Shown here piece after piece: positions 1 to 13,745 of a stretch of DNA of 64,000 bases. Location: NCBI RefSeq assembly GCF_009914755.1, contig NC_060927.1; one strand, given 5' to 3'. Made by a program: the position numbers and the translations under genes. Under the pieces are notes generated by a model. The model did not search any database and was not told the DNA's origin. It saw only the letters and a program-made list of their open reading frames with translations. Positions within the stretch are counted from its first letter, which is position 1. Each line of letters begins with the position of its first letter. The stretch is from the human T2T-CHM13v2.0 reference genome, Homo sapiens.

Positions 1-240
<240 letters not shown>

Positions 241-356
241 TTACGTTACTTTCTGGGTATCTTCTAGGAGTTTTTATCAGCAAAACAAAGTATTCTGTTA
301 AGTTATTTATTTATTTATTTATTTTGGTATTTTGGAATATCTCCTGAAATGACTTT

Positions 357-541
357 CAAAATTACCAAACCCATTTATTTTTTTCTTATTACAGTTAAAA
401 GTCTCTTTTTTTGTAATTTTTCTATGTCCAGGGCCATTTCAAAACTTGTCAAATTATCAAACCCATATTTTTTTCCTTATTACAATTAATCCATTTTTTG
501 TTAATTTTTCTATGTCCAGGGATATGTCAAAACTTGCCAAA
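357..541. repeat. Diverged tandem duplication, ~90-bp unit x2
   Basis: CAAA(A)TTA(C/T)CAAACCCAT...TAATTTTTCTATGTCCAGGG...TCAAAACTTG occurs at 357-449 and 450-537. Confidence 0.85.
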
Positions 542-639
542 GTTTGTTCTTATCTATCACTGCCTGAATAATATCTATGCTTTTCTACTGTTACCTATAG
601 ACATTATTCATTTATAATATAATGGAATAATCTCACAGT

Positions 640-1030
640 TTATTTAGGGGAGCAGAAAGAGTAGCCTTATATTTTAGAGATGTATCCTGAAGAATTTATA
701 GATGAGCTATCATGATGTCTGGGATTTGTTTTTAAAATATTCTGGGTAAAAAAGGGAGACAATATTAACGTCCGGAGTTTATTTAATAGTAATATACCAA
801 TGTTAACTTCTTAGTTTCACCAAATGTACTGTGGTTCTCTTAAGTCATTTACATTAGAGAAAACTGGCTGAATGGCATATGGAACTCTCTGTACTATTTT
901 GCAACTTCTCTGTAAATCGGAAATTACTCTAATAAAAAGTTTATTTAAAAGAAAGAATTAAGGGGGGTGATAAATTAAGCAAAGATGGCAAAATGTTGAA
1001 AGTGTTTGAAACTGGTTGAATGGTTGAGGG
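640..1030 (+). mobile_element. Old L1M (L1MC/MD-like) 3' end fragments
   Basis: GGAACTCTCTGTACTATTTTGCAACTTCTCTGTAAATC...AATAAAAAGTTTATTTAAAA is typical of old L1 3' ends. Confidence 0.6.
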
Positions 1031-2202
1031 TTATGTGTTCCTTTCTTGGGTAAACAGAGCTTTGCATGTCTCTCTCCCAGGTGTCTGGGTGTCAGAGCTG
1101 GACACTAAGCCTCAGCTTCTTTATTCTGTTGTTCCTGTGACCTTGGTTTTACAGCCTTTCCCTGCATTTAACATTCTACTTCCTTGGAAGAAAGAGCTTA
1201 AATGATTTTCAGTGACCACATGTCATAATGAATCATGAGATAATTTAACTATAACAATTCATGAAAGAACTGCTAGACAATTGATATTGTAGGATACATT
1301 TTTTAATAGCCTTCCACCACTGGTTGCCCTAAACTCCCTGTTACCATGAGTTCAATTCAGAAGAAGCCAAAGGATATGCTAATATAACACTGACTTTAGG
1401 AATGCTACTGTCTGTTTTTTTTCCCTTAATAAAAAGAGAAAATCTGACTAGCTTCTCATTGCATGTGAGGAGACTATAAAAATATGGTTAAGAAAAGTGT
1501 TTTCCATGTCCCCATCTGTCATATGGGGCCCTACTAAATGAAGACCAAAGAGAAGAGGACTAAAGGGGGCTTGACCAAAGATTCAGAAAAACAGTTTCAT
1601 GATGCTATTCTGTGAATAATACTTGATCTGCCCATTAGTGAACCATGTTTCCTAGACTACCAGCAAACACAGGTTCTAGTGGATAGGCATTCTACAGCCT
1701 GCAACTGAGGTAAGTCATTTACACTGTGTCAGATGTGTGAGGCTGCTGGAGTTTCTGTCATTACCATTAGCTAGCTAGAATTGTATAGCATTATCTTGTT
1801 GTATGTTTTGTAATAGGCACTTCATGCATTTTCTCATTTATTATTCACTGCAGAGTCAGAATATTTTTATGGAATTGTAGATAGGATTTTCAAGCTTTAG
1901 AAAATAATTTGTGAAATGCAAAAATGAGTTTGGAATCAAACTTGTTTTCCTAGCTTTCAGGAACACCATTTCTTAATCATTGCAGCTAATGCAAATGGAT
2001 TTACCAGCGGTTTTTATATGGGCTTATTTTACTAATGAAATAAAAAACACAAAGTCATCATGTATGCTTATCTAAATTTTTCCAATATTCTTTTTCCTAA
2101 TAAGTCTTTTATTTAATGCTGTGTATTCTTTCTGCATCACCAGCAGTGGAGAGAATTTGATCAGAGTTGTGACTCTGAGAGCTGGAGTCAGCTTATACTT
2201 TA

Positions 2203-2497
<295 letters not shown>

Positions 2498-2828
2498 TGG
2501 AGTCACCTATACTTTAAACTGGGGCCCTACGTGGAGTCAGGCTCATCTTTCTGGACCTGGGTGGCACTGAGTAGCTCGGCCTGTGCTACATTCCTAACAC
2601 GGCCTTGCTATGCGAAGTCAGTGTATCTGTTTTATAAAGACCATCTGACTGGTGCTGTTTTACCATTGATGTGCTATCGATGTGATTTTCTAGTTCCAAA
2701 ACACTAGTTTCAGTAGTTAGTATAACTTAACAACTCCCTCTGAAATGTTACAGGGCCTCTGTGTTTCATGTTACTTCAAAATAGAAATGAGAAGTCACTA
2801 AATGTATTATTACTAACATCAGGAAGCC

Positions 2829-2834
2829 TTTATT
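2829..2834 (-). terminator. GPR171: Candidate GPR171 polyadenylation signal AATAAA
   Basis: TTTATT on + (AATAAA on -) about 650 nt past the stop codon; other AT-rich variants near 2900 could also be used. Confidence 0.45.
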
Positions 2835-3477
2835 ATAACCTACAGGTAGAATATAATTACAAATAATACATTAAAGATTGTCTATATTTTTCAAGCCTTT
2901 TTATAAATAAAAGCTTTTGGTTATTGTGTTAGAAAAAAATTCGACATTAAAAATTGGAGGAATAATGAGTTGAAAGATTACCATCTTTTGAAGTGATAGA
3001 TTAGAAATAAAATAGGCACAAGTTGTTATATGTAAGCTGCATTTTTTAAAAGTAATCTGAAAGGCTTTAAAATTATGTTGCTGGTGGGCTTTCTGGTAAC
3101 TTACATGGAAATTATTTTTTATATTTTTATCAAGAAGTCAGTTCCAGGCATTTAAATGAATAACTCATGAATACCTTTGGGTCTATGTCATGGACCTCTT
3201 TTGGATTTCAAGGATATTGCAGGATTTTACATTCGTTCAATGAGACTCTTTAGTTTTTTGTACAAATATTTGGGTTAATGAGTAGCAGCAAGCCTAACAA
3301 TAAAGCTTGACTTGCATTTAGAAACAGGATTTCTAAGTAAACCTGTCCATATTTGCTAGCTAACTGTATTTTTTCATACTGAGTTTTTTTTTGTTTTTTT
3401 TTTTTTTATCTTTCAAAGCTATAATTAACTTTATGGTCCAGTAAGGCCAGAATTGGTAGCACAAAAAATCCTGTCTT

Positions 3478-4437
3478 TTATGCATTATTTTCACATCTTA
3501 ATTTTTCTTTCTGAGCCTTGGTCTCTTTAGGTGAGGCAAAAGTCTCAGTGACCTTTGAGCGGAATGCTTTTGAGAGGTGATAGTACAGGATAGGATCAAA
3601 GCACAGGTTCGACACAGCCAGGAGCAGTGTAGCCTCTTTGGCTTTGAAGAGTGAAATCCTGGTTGAGCAATCAGTTATGACTTCTGTCTGGCTGAGGGTA
3701 TACGGGATTCGGACAATGTGGTAAGGAACAAAGCATATGATGTAGCCCGTGGTCACTAAAAGTATGTTGATGAGAGCCTTTTTCACATTTGGGTAATTTT
3801 CATTATCTTTGTTTCTGTAGAGCTGTCGAATTACAAGGCAATTGGATATTAAAATGATGGCTGAGAAATTTAAAAATATTGCTACACATATGAAATTTGT
3901 CAGCAAATGCCAATTTCTTCCAAATTCCTTTTTAAACTCCATACAACCCACATTTGACTTTTCCTTGATGTCTTTGATGGGAATCATCATATTTGGCACC
4001 ATTATAAGAAGGACCATTAGCCACACAACGGTTGATATCATTTTGGCAAATCCGGGTTCTTGTATTCGGTAGATCTTGCAGCTGTGTGTCAGCTGAAGAC
4101 AGCGGTCAATGCTGACAAATGCTAAGAAGATAATTGATAAATACATATTGATATAGATGAGGCAGGCTGTTACTTGGCAGTGGAATATCTTCAGCTTCCA
4201 AGGTGCCACACCCAAGTCAACAACAATTTTCACTGGTAATGCCAGAGTAAGCAGGAAATCGGCTGTAAGCAAATTAATTAAGTAGATGCTCACACACCTG
4301 TGATTCGTATTCTTCTGTATAAAAGCCCAGGTTGCAAAACAACTTCCAATAATTCCAACAAGGAAAACTAAATAAAAAAAATACGTGAATGGCTCCAGAT
4401 CTTTATAAACTGGGCAGAAGAACGAACTGTTTGTCAT
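3478..4437 (-). CDS. GPR171: G protein-coupled receptor 171 (P2Y12-like class A GPCR), 319 aa, single coding exon
   Basis: 7 hydrophobic segments, LLTADF (TM2), IDRC (DRY variant), CFVPYHIVR (TM6), DPILY (TM7); N-terminus MTNSSFFCPVYKDLEPF recognised. Confidence 0.98.
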   Translation of the reverse strand: MTNSSFFCPVYKDLEPFTYFFYLVFLVGIIGSCFATWAFIQKNTNHRCVSIYLINLLTADFLLTLALPVKIVVDLGVAPWKLKIFHCQVTACLIYINMYLSIIFLAFVSIDRCLQLTHSCKIYRIQEPGFAKMISTVVWLMVLLIMVPNMMIPIKDIKEKSNVGCMEFKKEFGRNWHLLTNFICVAIFLNFSAIILISNCLVIRQLYRNKDNENYPNVKKALINILLVTTGYIICFVPYHIVRIPYTLSQTEVITDCSTRISLFKAKEATLLLAVSNLCFDPILYYHLSKAFRSKVTETFASPKETKAQKEKLRCENNA

Positions 4438-4490
4438 CTTGAGGGAAAGTAAGGATGACTGCTTATTGAAAAGAAAAAATTTCTAAGACT
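4438..4490 (-). other. GPR171: 5' UTR part of the GPR171 coding exon; acceptor AG at 4491-4492
   Basis: Minus strand CCCTTTCCTTGTTTCTTTTACAG|AGTC: strong polypyrimidine tract and CAG, 53 nt before the ATG. Confidence 0.85.
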
Positions 4491-5819
4491 CTGTAAAAGA
4501 AACAAGGAAAGGGAGGTTAGTAATTAAAATTAGCAACTATTTTCTTTAAAAGACATTGGTCTTCACAATACCGTTGTCTTTCCAGTTCTTAGAATTTTAT
4601 TGGTGAACTTACCAGACCATATGGCCTGGTGAGAACATACTAGATTGTGAAGATGCCTGGGTTTTCCATTGTCTGATTTTGTGACTTTCAGGAAATCCCA
4701 TGCAGGTTTGCTTTTGGTAGGGATATTTTCAACCTCAGGTTTTTCCATTCTGGTAGTTCTTGTTACCAGTTGGGTTGGAAGTTAGTTTGCAGAGGAGATA
4801 AGTGAACCGAGATTCTGAGAAGTAGAGAGAGGAAACTAGGGTTGTGGTTGAGCATGAAGAGCTTTCAATGAGGCCTTCTGGTTTTTTTCTTGTTTTAGTT
4901 TTTTGTTTTCCATAGATTCATGTGGCTCCTAAGGCTGGGAGAACCCAGGCTGACAGGGGAAGTAAGGAGTTGATGGAAAATCTCCAGCCTGGTCGCAAGA
5001 GTCTGTCTCAAAAACAAACAGAAAAAAACCAAAAAAACAAACAAAAAAACCCACAACTACCAGAACATGGATGTATGTTCATTGGTTACAAAATCCTTGG
5101 AGAAAGATTTATTTATATTAGTATCAAAACATCTGACTTCAACACTTGAGTCGCTTTTTTTTTCTTTCATTGTGGGTTTTGAAGCAGTTAAAAGCCCAGA
5201 AGCATAAGACATACCCTTAGAACTACTGTGATCACCACTGATAATGACAATGAAGTCTTGTCATGTCCCTCCCAAATCTGGAACATTGAGCGGGTTTGTA
5301 AGCTCAAGTTAAACTGATAGGGCTCCCTTTGACCTGGTCTATTCAAACTCACATGCTTAGAGCTAAGGGTACATTAGTAATCTTTCTGGTGCTGCCTGTT
5401 GGTGTGGGTCCCCCTTTTGCACATTAAACAGTGTTCTTTTGTTTTAAAGACCTGAAGATTATTTTTGTATTTTAGCAAGGAAACATTTTATATTATAATA
5501 CAACCTTTTTAAAAGAAGCAAATATAAGTTATAGTGACCAACATTGAAGGCCAGATCAGCTACTCTGTAAGTGCCTTTTAATAAGAGAATAAAACTTCTG
5601 ACATCTTTCTAAATTTTAATTTCCCCAATTAATTAATGATCCTTTGTGTGCATTTGTAATGAAACAATGTATGCAAACAGATGAATAAGGCAGATGTACA
5701 CAAAGCTTTCTAAATTCAAGTGCTGCTTAAAGGCTACATGCCCTTTCTCTTTCCCTACCTGAGTTAGCACGTTAGAGTCCATGAATAATGTCATTCTTTA
5801 CCAAACTCGATGAAAATAA

Positions 5820-6060
5820 TTAAGCAGTTGGTTTGTATCTGGCACTATGCCAAATACTTTACATGTACTTATTTAACTTCTTATCATTTCCATAAGCTAG
5901 GTGTTGTTATTGTCCCTGCTTTACAGATGAGGAAATTGAGGCATAATGGGGTTACTTACCCAAGGTTGTGTAGCTGGTAAGATATAAAGCCAGGATTCCA
6001 GCTCAGTCAGTCTGATCTCAGAATCACATTCAAAACCACTCCAAAACACTGCCTCAGTAA
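5820..6060 (-). mobile_element. MIR SINE
   Basis: Core TTTACAGATGAGGAAATTGAGGCA...ACTTACCCAAGGT...GCCAGGATTC. Confidence 0.75.
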
Positions 6061-6269
6061 CAATAGTAAGATGATGATAGAAATGATAATGATTATTATT
6101 ATATCTGCCAGTCTTTACTAAGGGCTTACTGTGTGGGCAGGAACTATGTTCTAAACAATTTTTATGTAATAAAGCTGAAATAAACTATTTTTAACTTTTT
6201 ACCAAAATACTAAGAATATAAGTTTAGGCTTTTCGTATATTTTGCTGTTCTATGCATACAACCACGTGC

Positions 6270-6304
6270 ACACACTCTCTCTCTCTCTCTCTCTCTCACA
6301 CGCA
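6270..6304. repeat. Compound (CA)n(CT)n microsatellite
   Basis: CACACACTCTCTCTCTCTCTCTCTCTCTCACACGCAC. Confidence 0.85.
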
Positions 6305-7332
6305 CATTTAAAAACAAAACCTAGGCCCATCCAATAAGTTTAAACCAACTTTGCTCTCAAAGCTTCCATAACCTAGTTTCTCTCTACCATCTCTACTTAC
6401 ATCCCAGATTAAGATTGGGATTGGTGGGGTCTCTATTATTCTGTGTACAGTTCCTTCCTGCCTTTATACTTTTGCATGTGATAGAAATTTTGGAGTCATA
6501 GGATTTTAAGGATGGATGGAAACTTTATCGATAGCCTGTAGTCTAATCCCCAAGTCAGTTGAGGAGATTGAGGGCTGGCACTGGTGTGTTCCTCAAGCTT
6601 TCACAGCATGTTCAGGCAGGACTAAGATCTGTTCTTATTGGTCATCTTCTAAGCGCTCTGCATTTATCCTTACTATTCCTGAATCCTGCTTATTCCAGAG
6701 CTTTAAGGAAGCTCCTCACATCTGAAAGCTACTCCAGGCTTTACCGATGTCCTTGGCGACCATGAATTTGGATAGTTACCATTTGTACCTTGGAATTTTG
6801 AACATACTTTTCTTCTTTATGTGAAAAACTAGTATTCGTGTGCATTGATATAGTGTCACATCTTTGCTTATTGTTACTTTCTAAGGCCCTAGGATTTTGG
6901 CTTACGCACTTCTATTTCAAATATTACATAATAATGGTAACATAATGTGTTTCTTTAAGTGCTCCATTGCTTGCACAACTATAAAATAAGTCTGTTGTAT
7001 CAATGAGACGTATATGGTAAAGAGAAGAATTAGAGTAATTTATTTTGATTAATTTTCTCTGTAGCTAGAACTGACGATATATACCGTACATGAATAATTT
7101 ATCTGAAATGAATAATCATTCAGTAATTCTCAAGAATCATGGAGCATCTCACATTTCTCACGTTTGTGTTTGTGAACTTTTGTCTAAATTGCAGTGAGAA
7201 ACAAATCTGTTTATTTAAAATTTTTGCTTATGTAAATTAGAGGTTAAAATATTGTATAATAACATCCTGTGTTCTGTGTCACAAGTTTGAGAACTAAGTG
7301 CTTAATAAATATTTTACCAGACAGTTACTTAC

Positions 7333-7797
<465 letters not shown>

Positions 7798-8154
7798 CTA
7801 TTGTAATGTTTGTAGAGGAAAGTCATCTTAAGGCCTGTTGTTCCCTGTTGTGAAGATCTACAACATGGCCTCTATCCACCCAGTTATAAGATTGAGTTAC
7901 TGAATAGTTATGCTCGCTCAGGTATTCAGTCTGGTGTCAATTATCCTGTCTTTTGGAGACAGATGAATGGGTTCATCAGATATAAGAAAATTATAGTGTC
8001 ATTCACAGCTAGGACCTATTTAGAGTTTAAAAATTGATGCTTTTTTTTTATACAGCTTGGCTTTTTCTACTTATAAGCCTTAAATACTGAAAAATCACAA
8101 TTTTGTTTTCCACGGAAAAGCATTTGAATATATTAAGTGTTTAAAAAGACATAC

Positions 8155-8270
8155 CTGGGGCTATCTTCTGTGAGCCTCAGCAAGCCTTGCTGCAAGTCTT
8201 CAGAGAAGCATGAGCTGTTTGGTTAGCCGCAGCAGTAGCAACCCCATTGCAGGCTGCTGGCTTTACTAAA
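8155..8270 (-). other. GPR171: Probable non-coding first exon of GPR171 (5' end approximate)
   Basis: Strong donor CAG|GTATGT at 8155/8154; locally GC-richer island next to a TF motif cluster. Confidence 0.65.
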
Positions 8271-8340
8271 AATTTCCTTTCCTTTTTGTGTGGTTTTAAA
8301 ATGTTGCATATTGACGTAGATGAAACTGTGGTTTGCAAGT
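8271..8340 (-). promoter_or_regulatory. GPR171: Putative GPR171 proximal promoter
   Basis: Two RUNX motifs TGTGGTTT (~8289 and ~8327), TGACGT CRE/ATF half-site (~8312), NFAT-like TTTCC repeats (8273-8282). Confidence 0.55.
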
Positions 8341-11300
8341 AGTTTAACTTTATGAAAGTCTCCTAAAGAAGTTTTTTTAATGTATACAATTTCATGTATG
8401 CTTTCTTAAGCAATTTATTTGTCATATTTTTTAGAGAAAAGATCTTCATTTAGTACCTAGCCTTTTTTTTTTTTTAAAGTATCCAAGGTATGTTTTGTGT
8501 CATAATGATTTCAAAGAATATCACTCTTCATGCCTTGATGGGGATTAATAATTAAAGATATAAGGTGTTTAAGCAAATATTTTTTCAGTATATATAGTAA
8601 CACAGCATTTCAAAGTTAAAATTTAAAAAATAGTTGCAGTTTTTATTCCTGCTGAGACACCTATTATTAAAAAAAGAAGTAAACAAAAAGATGTGTTTTA
8701 CAGAGTCAGCTAATGTATACATTTTATTTATCTTATTTTATGTTCATTATAGAAAAATCTGGAAATAGAAATAAAAAAGGAACATCATTATGCAGAGAGA
8801 TAATTACTGTTAATATTTTTGGTACATAAGTTTTAAATTTTTTCTATGCTTATGTATTTCCACTTAGATGTTATTCATACTATTTTATAGTTTATAATTT
8901 TTCATTGAAGAATATATTATATATTCAATTTATGAGATTAGACTTGTAATAAGTATTTGTCTGTTTGACTCAAACAGCCTGATGAATTGGAATAGTATTT
9001 AGTAATTAATAGATTGTGTGTAAAGGAACCCTACAGTGTGTATTTAAGTTGTTTGGTTAAATGTTCATTGTGTCTGTGGCAGAACTAACTGAATGTTTGA
9101 AAGAAGCCTAGCATGCTGGGGGACCTAACAAACATATTTTCAAGAGTTCTGAATTTTCTGGTTCAAAGTTGATGTGTTAATGCAAAGCCATTGCCTGGTT
9201 ATTTAGGGTCTGGTTTCTTCTAATGCTTCATTGGCTTGGTAGGTGCTTTGGTTTCTTTTAATAATACTTGGTCAGTTTTCTGGATAAGAAAAAAGAAGAT
9301 ACCTTTCCAGGATCTAAAATTAATCTCTTGGTATTAGTTTTTAAAAAGAAAAATGTCTCAAAAGATGAAATGAGAAGTATCTAGCTAGGGAGAATTTAGG
9401 GAAAGTCTAAGGAGACTTTTGAAAAAAATGTAAAGATGCTTATGATGATATTGGTCACGTCTCAGGTATTCTGACATTCTCCCAAATTCATATAATTATT
9501 ATTTTTGCCAGTGAAGACCATAAATTATAAACTAGGAGGGAAAAAGCAAATGTTTCTCAAACATTTTATGTTAAGAACCACTGTGAACTTCATCATCATA
9601 GTGCTAGGAAAGGATCTTTCTTTTAAGATATGTATGCTTCAACATTGTACAGGACTCACTGAAGAACATACTTGTAGAAAAGATATATTTGCAGACAAGT
9701 AAGTGAGAAGTGATCAGGGTTTACATCCACTGGAGGGTAGAGGAGATGAAAGGGAGAGAATTTAGAGATGAGTGGAGTTGACTGCAAACAGTGGTGAATG
9801 ATTTTACCATGGCATGGAGAAAAACTGGGATGAAAGATTTTTGACAGTTTCTGTTTTGCTTTTTTTAGTTAGGTCTCTTTATATGTTTACTTCCTCGGTT
9901 CTCTTTAAGGTTGTAGACACAATTGAAAAGTACAAACAATTGTACTTAAAAATCTACCCAGACCACAGTTTCTGTGTCTGGATTGCCAAATGTGAAAGCA
10001 CTGAAGTGCCCTTGTTCTCAGAGTTCTATTTAATTTTTAGAATAGTGAGAATTAATCTTTTAATAGATGAATCATATTCCTCCTTCTGAGAATGAGCTTA
10101 GGCAACCTGGCTTTGTGTGGAAGTTTATTCACAGTGGAAATACATGTAGTTTTCATTTTTTAATACTAGTTTCATTTGATTTTCTATAAGCCACTTTTTT
10201 CTATCTGTTTCACTGAGGACAAGTGTTTGTGACTGTACTTAGTGTTCCGGGAAGTTGCATGTCATCACTAATACACACCCAAGCGGGAAGAAGTGAGGTG
10301 AAGTTATTTTTCCCTTACCTTGGTCATGGCAGTACTTTTTGTTAAAGAAATAATCTATTCATTACTTATGAATATTTCATGGATATTTTGTATGTGTAAA
10401 ATAAAAATTAAAGCTAAATTGTCCACCAAGTTATGAATTGAGAAAGAAAATATTTTCTGTGGTCAACTCTCCTATCCATACAAAACGTGCTTTTGATTTT
10501 ATTGAACACAAATACCAAACAACGGTATTTCAGTAGAAATACTTGCTTTGAATATTTAGCGTTTTTAAAATGTGCTTTTTCGGCATAGCATGGAAGCCAT
10601 TTGGAACTAATGAGGAAGGGGAAAGCAAATGTTGGGGTCGGTGGTCACTGCCACAGCCGGGCACAGGTCTGAGGACTTGTTTTTGTTAAAACAAGCCATG
10701 AGATACAGGAGATTCTGCCTCTTACAGATGGGGAAACTGTGGTGCAGAGAAATTAAGGCCCACTCAAGCCTGCACAGTTAGACCCTAGCGTCCCAGCTCT
10801 TAGTTATGCTTCTTACAATGAAATTGCTGGGGACAGTGATTACAATGGAGGCCATCAGGTCAATCCGGTCCCCCTTCCCATTTAGTATTTGTAACCATTT
10901 GAATTTGCATGCCATTGGGTGGTAGAACAGTGTACCACTGTTCTTGCCTTCCTCATGGAGTTTTCAGCCTCTGGAATGTGAATTTGGGACGCTCTTACAT
11001 CAAAATAATTTACAAATGGAAGATTTTTATGATCAGTCACTTCTGCCACAGCCTGTGCAACTCCAGTTCAGCCCTCTCTCTATAGCCGTTGTGCTTCAGG
11101 GTTATGTTTTGAAAGAAAATAATTTTTTTTTTTTTTTTTTTTTGCACATAATATTCTTTCCCACCTGCGTTAGCCCAAAGATTTTTTTCTGTGCTCTGAG
11201 ATTGGTAGCTTTAAATCTGAGAGTGACTGATGTGATTAAGCAGTGTAGTTTTAAAGTGAAATGTAGACGTATGGTTTCCATGTTACTGTTTCTGTATTAT

Positions 11301-11680
11301 TTAAATTCTGCCTTGTTTTTTTTTCTTTACTGAAATGGAGAATACATGTTTGGAAATGATTTGAAGGCAAATTTGTTTTTTTCACATTCTTGGAATGTGA
11401 ACTCAGTTAAAAGAATGGCTGGGTACATTACCCTGTCATTTCCCCTTGACAGTCCTTTTGGTTGTCTGCCTTTTTGTTGATGTTATTGCGTCAACATTTC
11501 ATTTTACCTTTTGGTTGTGAGGTGTGACTGCTATTTGGTCCATGGTTAAAAGATAATTTATGGAGGGGAAATTTATAATAAAGAACTTTTAAAGATTATC
11601 TCGTTTCTTTTTAGTCACTGAATTTCATGCTTTTTTTCCCCCATTTGTTTGTTTATGGTCCATTTCTTATGAACTTATGA

Positions 11681-12000
<320 letters not shown>

Positions 12001-12105
12001 ATGACTAACACATTTTCAAAGCACAGAACACATTTTTAAAACTTTTTAGTTACTTTCCAGGAGAATGTTCTTTGGAGAACATCTCCCTTTTCCTAGCCAT
12101 GTGAT

Positions 12106-12278
12106 TTTTTTTTTTTTTTTTAAGACAGGGTCGTCTTACGTTGTCCAGGCTGGAGTGCAGTGGTTATTCAGAGGTCTAATCATAGCTTGCTGCAGTCCCA
12201 GACTCCTTGGCTCAAGCAATCCTGTTGCATCAGCCTCCTGAGTAACTAGGACTACAGGGGCACAACACTGCACCCAGC
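12106..12278 (-). mobile_element. FAM (fossil Alu monomer)
   Basis: Monomer retaining the 7SL-derived GTGGTTATTCAGAGG segment; AGCCATGTGA on both flanks. Confidence 0.7.
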
Positions 12279-13463
12279 CATGTGAATATTTCTTGATCAA
12301 GTATTTATGAAAAATTATAACAGCAAATATTTATCAATTACAGGCTGCCTCCTGAGCTCTTATCCTGGAGAATATTTTATGCTTTGTACAGGAATGAAAA
12401 GGAATCTTATCACCTGCTATGTGCTGTTAGAACCTGTGGGAATCCGGGTATTGTAATGCTCCAGACTGTGGTGGGGTGAATAGGAGCTTCTTCAGAATGA
12501 GCTACAAGGTGGCATGCTTGGGGGATGACACAGATAATTGGAGTATGAGAAATTTTGGGGGGGACTGTCAGGCAATTTGGGGGCTTGGGTGTCTCTGTGA
12601 GGAAAAGATTGAGACCAAATCTTGGATGCTCCCTGGGATTTTAATAAAGTAAGCATTGGAGAGCTCATGGTTATACAAGGCAAGGAGCTGTCAATTGGGC
12701 AGTATTAGGTGAATCTACCAACATTGGAGTTTGCTTGGTTAGGAGAGAAAGTGGAAGGTGAGAAGCCAGTTAAGGAAAGATTGCAGTCATTTTAAGTGAG
12801 AAGCAATAAGGATCTGAAATTACATGGGAAGGGAGGAATAGCTGAGAACCACTGCAGAAGTAAGATCACTGCAGGGTGGGGTAGAGAGGGAGCAGAGGAG
12901 ACTGAGGTTTTAGTCCTGGGAAAGGAAGTCTGAGGAGAGAGGCAGCTTGGTCAGATAGAAAGGTGAATTTGCCTTATTGGCTGACAAAGTTTTTATTTGA
13001 TATAGCTTAGATAGATTTTTATTTTATTCTTTTTCATTTAGGTTTTAAATGTTTCTCAGAGCTTTATCTGTCATTAACCAGAACATTCTGAATGTACTTT
13101 GCAAACACTTAAGGAGCTCTTATTTTGAATGGCCTTGATGGAAATGCTGGTTTTCTTATTTAAAATAAGACCATTTTTCTTATTTTTTACCTAACTACTT
13201 TCATACTGTTAGCCAGATATGAACTACACTTGGCCATGCCAATTTTTTTATAGTTGCTTGTTTTTCTTAACAAGAAAGTGAATTTGATGTGGAGTTGAAG
13301 TTGGCTTTTATAAGGATTATGTTCTCATGCAGTCAATATGATATCAGAGAGAGCTAGTATTCCTTTAGAAAGATAATGGTTGAAAGTACAACATAACTAA
13401 CAGCTTGAAAAAAGCTGCAAGTTAAATGTAGAGACCCTTTTAGCTTAGAAAATAGAACATTGA

Positions 13464-13745
13464 GGCCGGGCGCTCACGCCTGTCATCTCAGCACTTTGGG
13501 GCCCGAGGTGGATGGATCACCGGAGGTCGGGAGTTCGAGACCAGCCTGGCAAACATGGTAAAACCCCATCTTTACTAAAAATACAAAAATTAGCCAGGCG
13601 TGATGGCGGGTACCTGTAATCTCAGCTACTTGGGAGGCTGAGGCAGGAGAATCGAACCCTGGAGGTGGAGGTTGCAGTGAGCTGAGATCACGCCACTGCA
13701 CTCCAGCCTGGGGGACAAGAGCAAGACTCTATGTCAAAAAAAGAA
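13464..13745 (+). mobile_element. Alu (AluSq/Sp-like)
   Basis: GGCCGGGCG...GAGGTCGGGAGTTCGAGACC...GACAAGAGCAAGACTC plus A tail. Confidence 0.9.

Noticed and set aside
4438-4490. In-frame ORF0 (donor 1)-GPR171 fusion; 106+53 nt is divisible by 3
   Set aside because: The joined frame reads GAG TCT TAG, an immediate stop.
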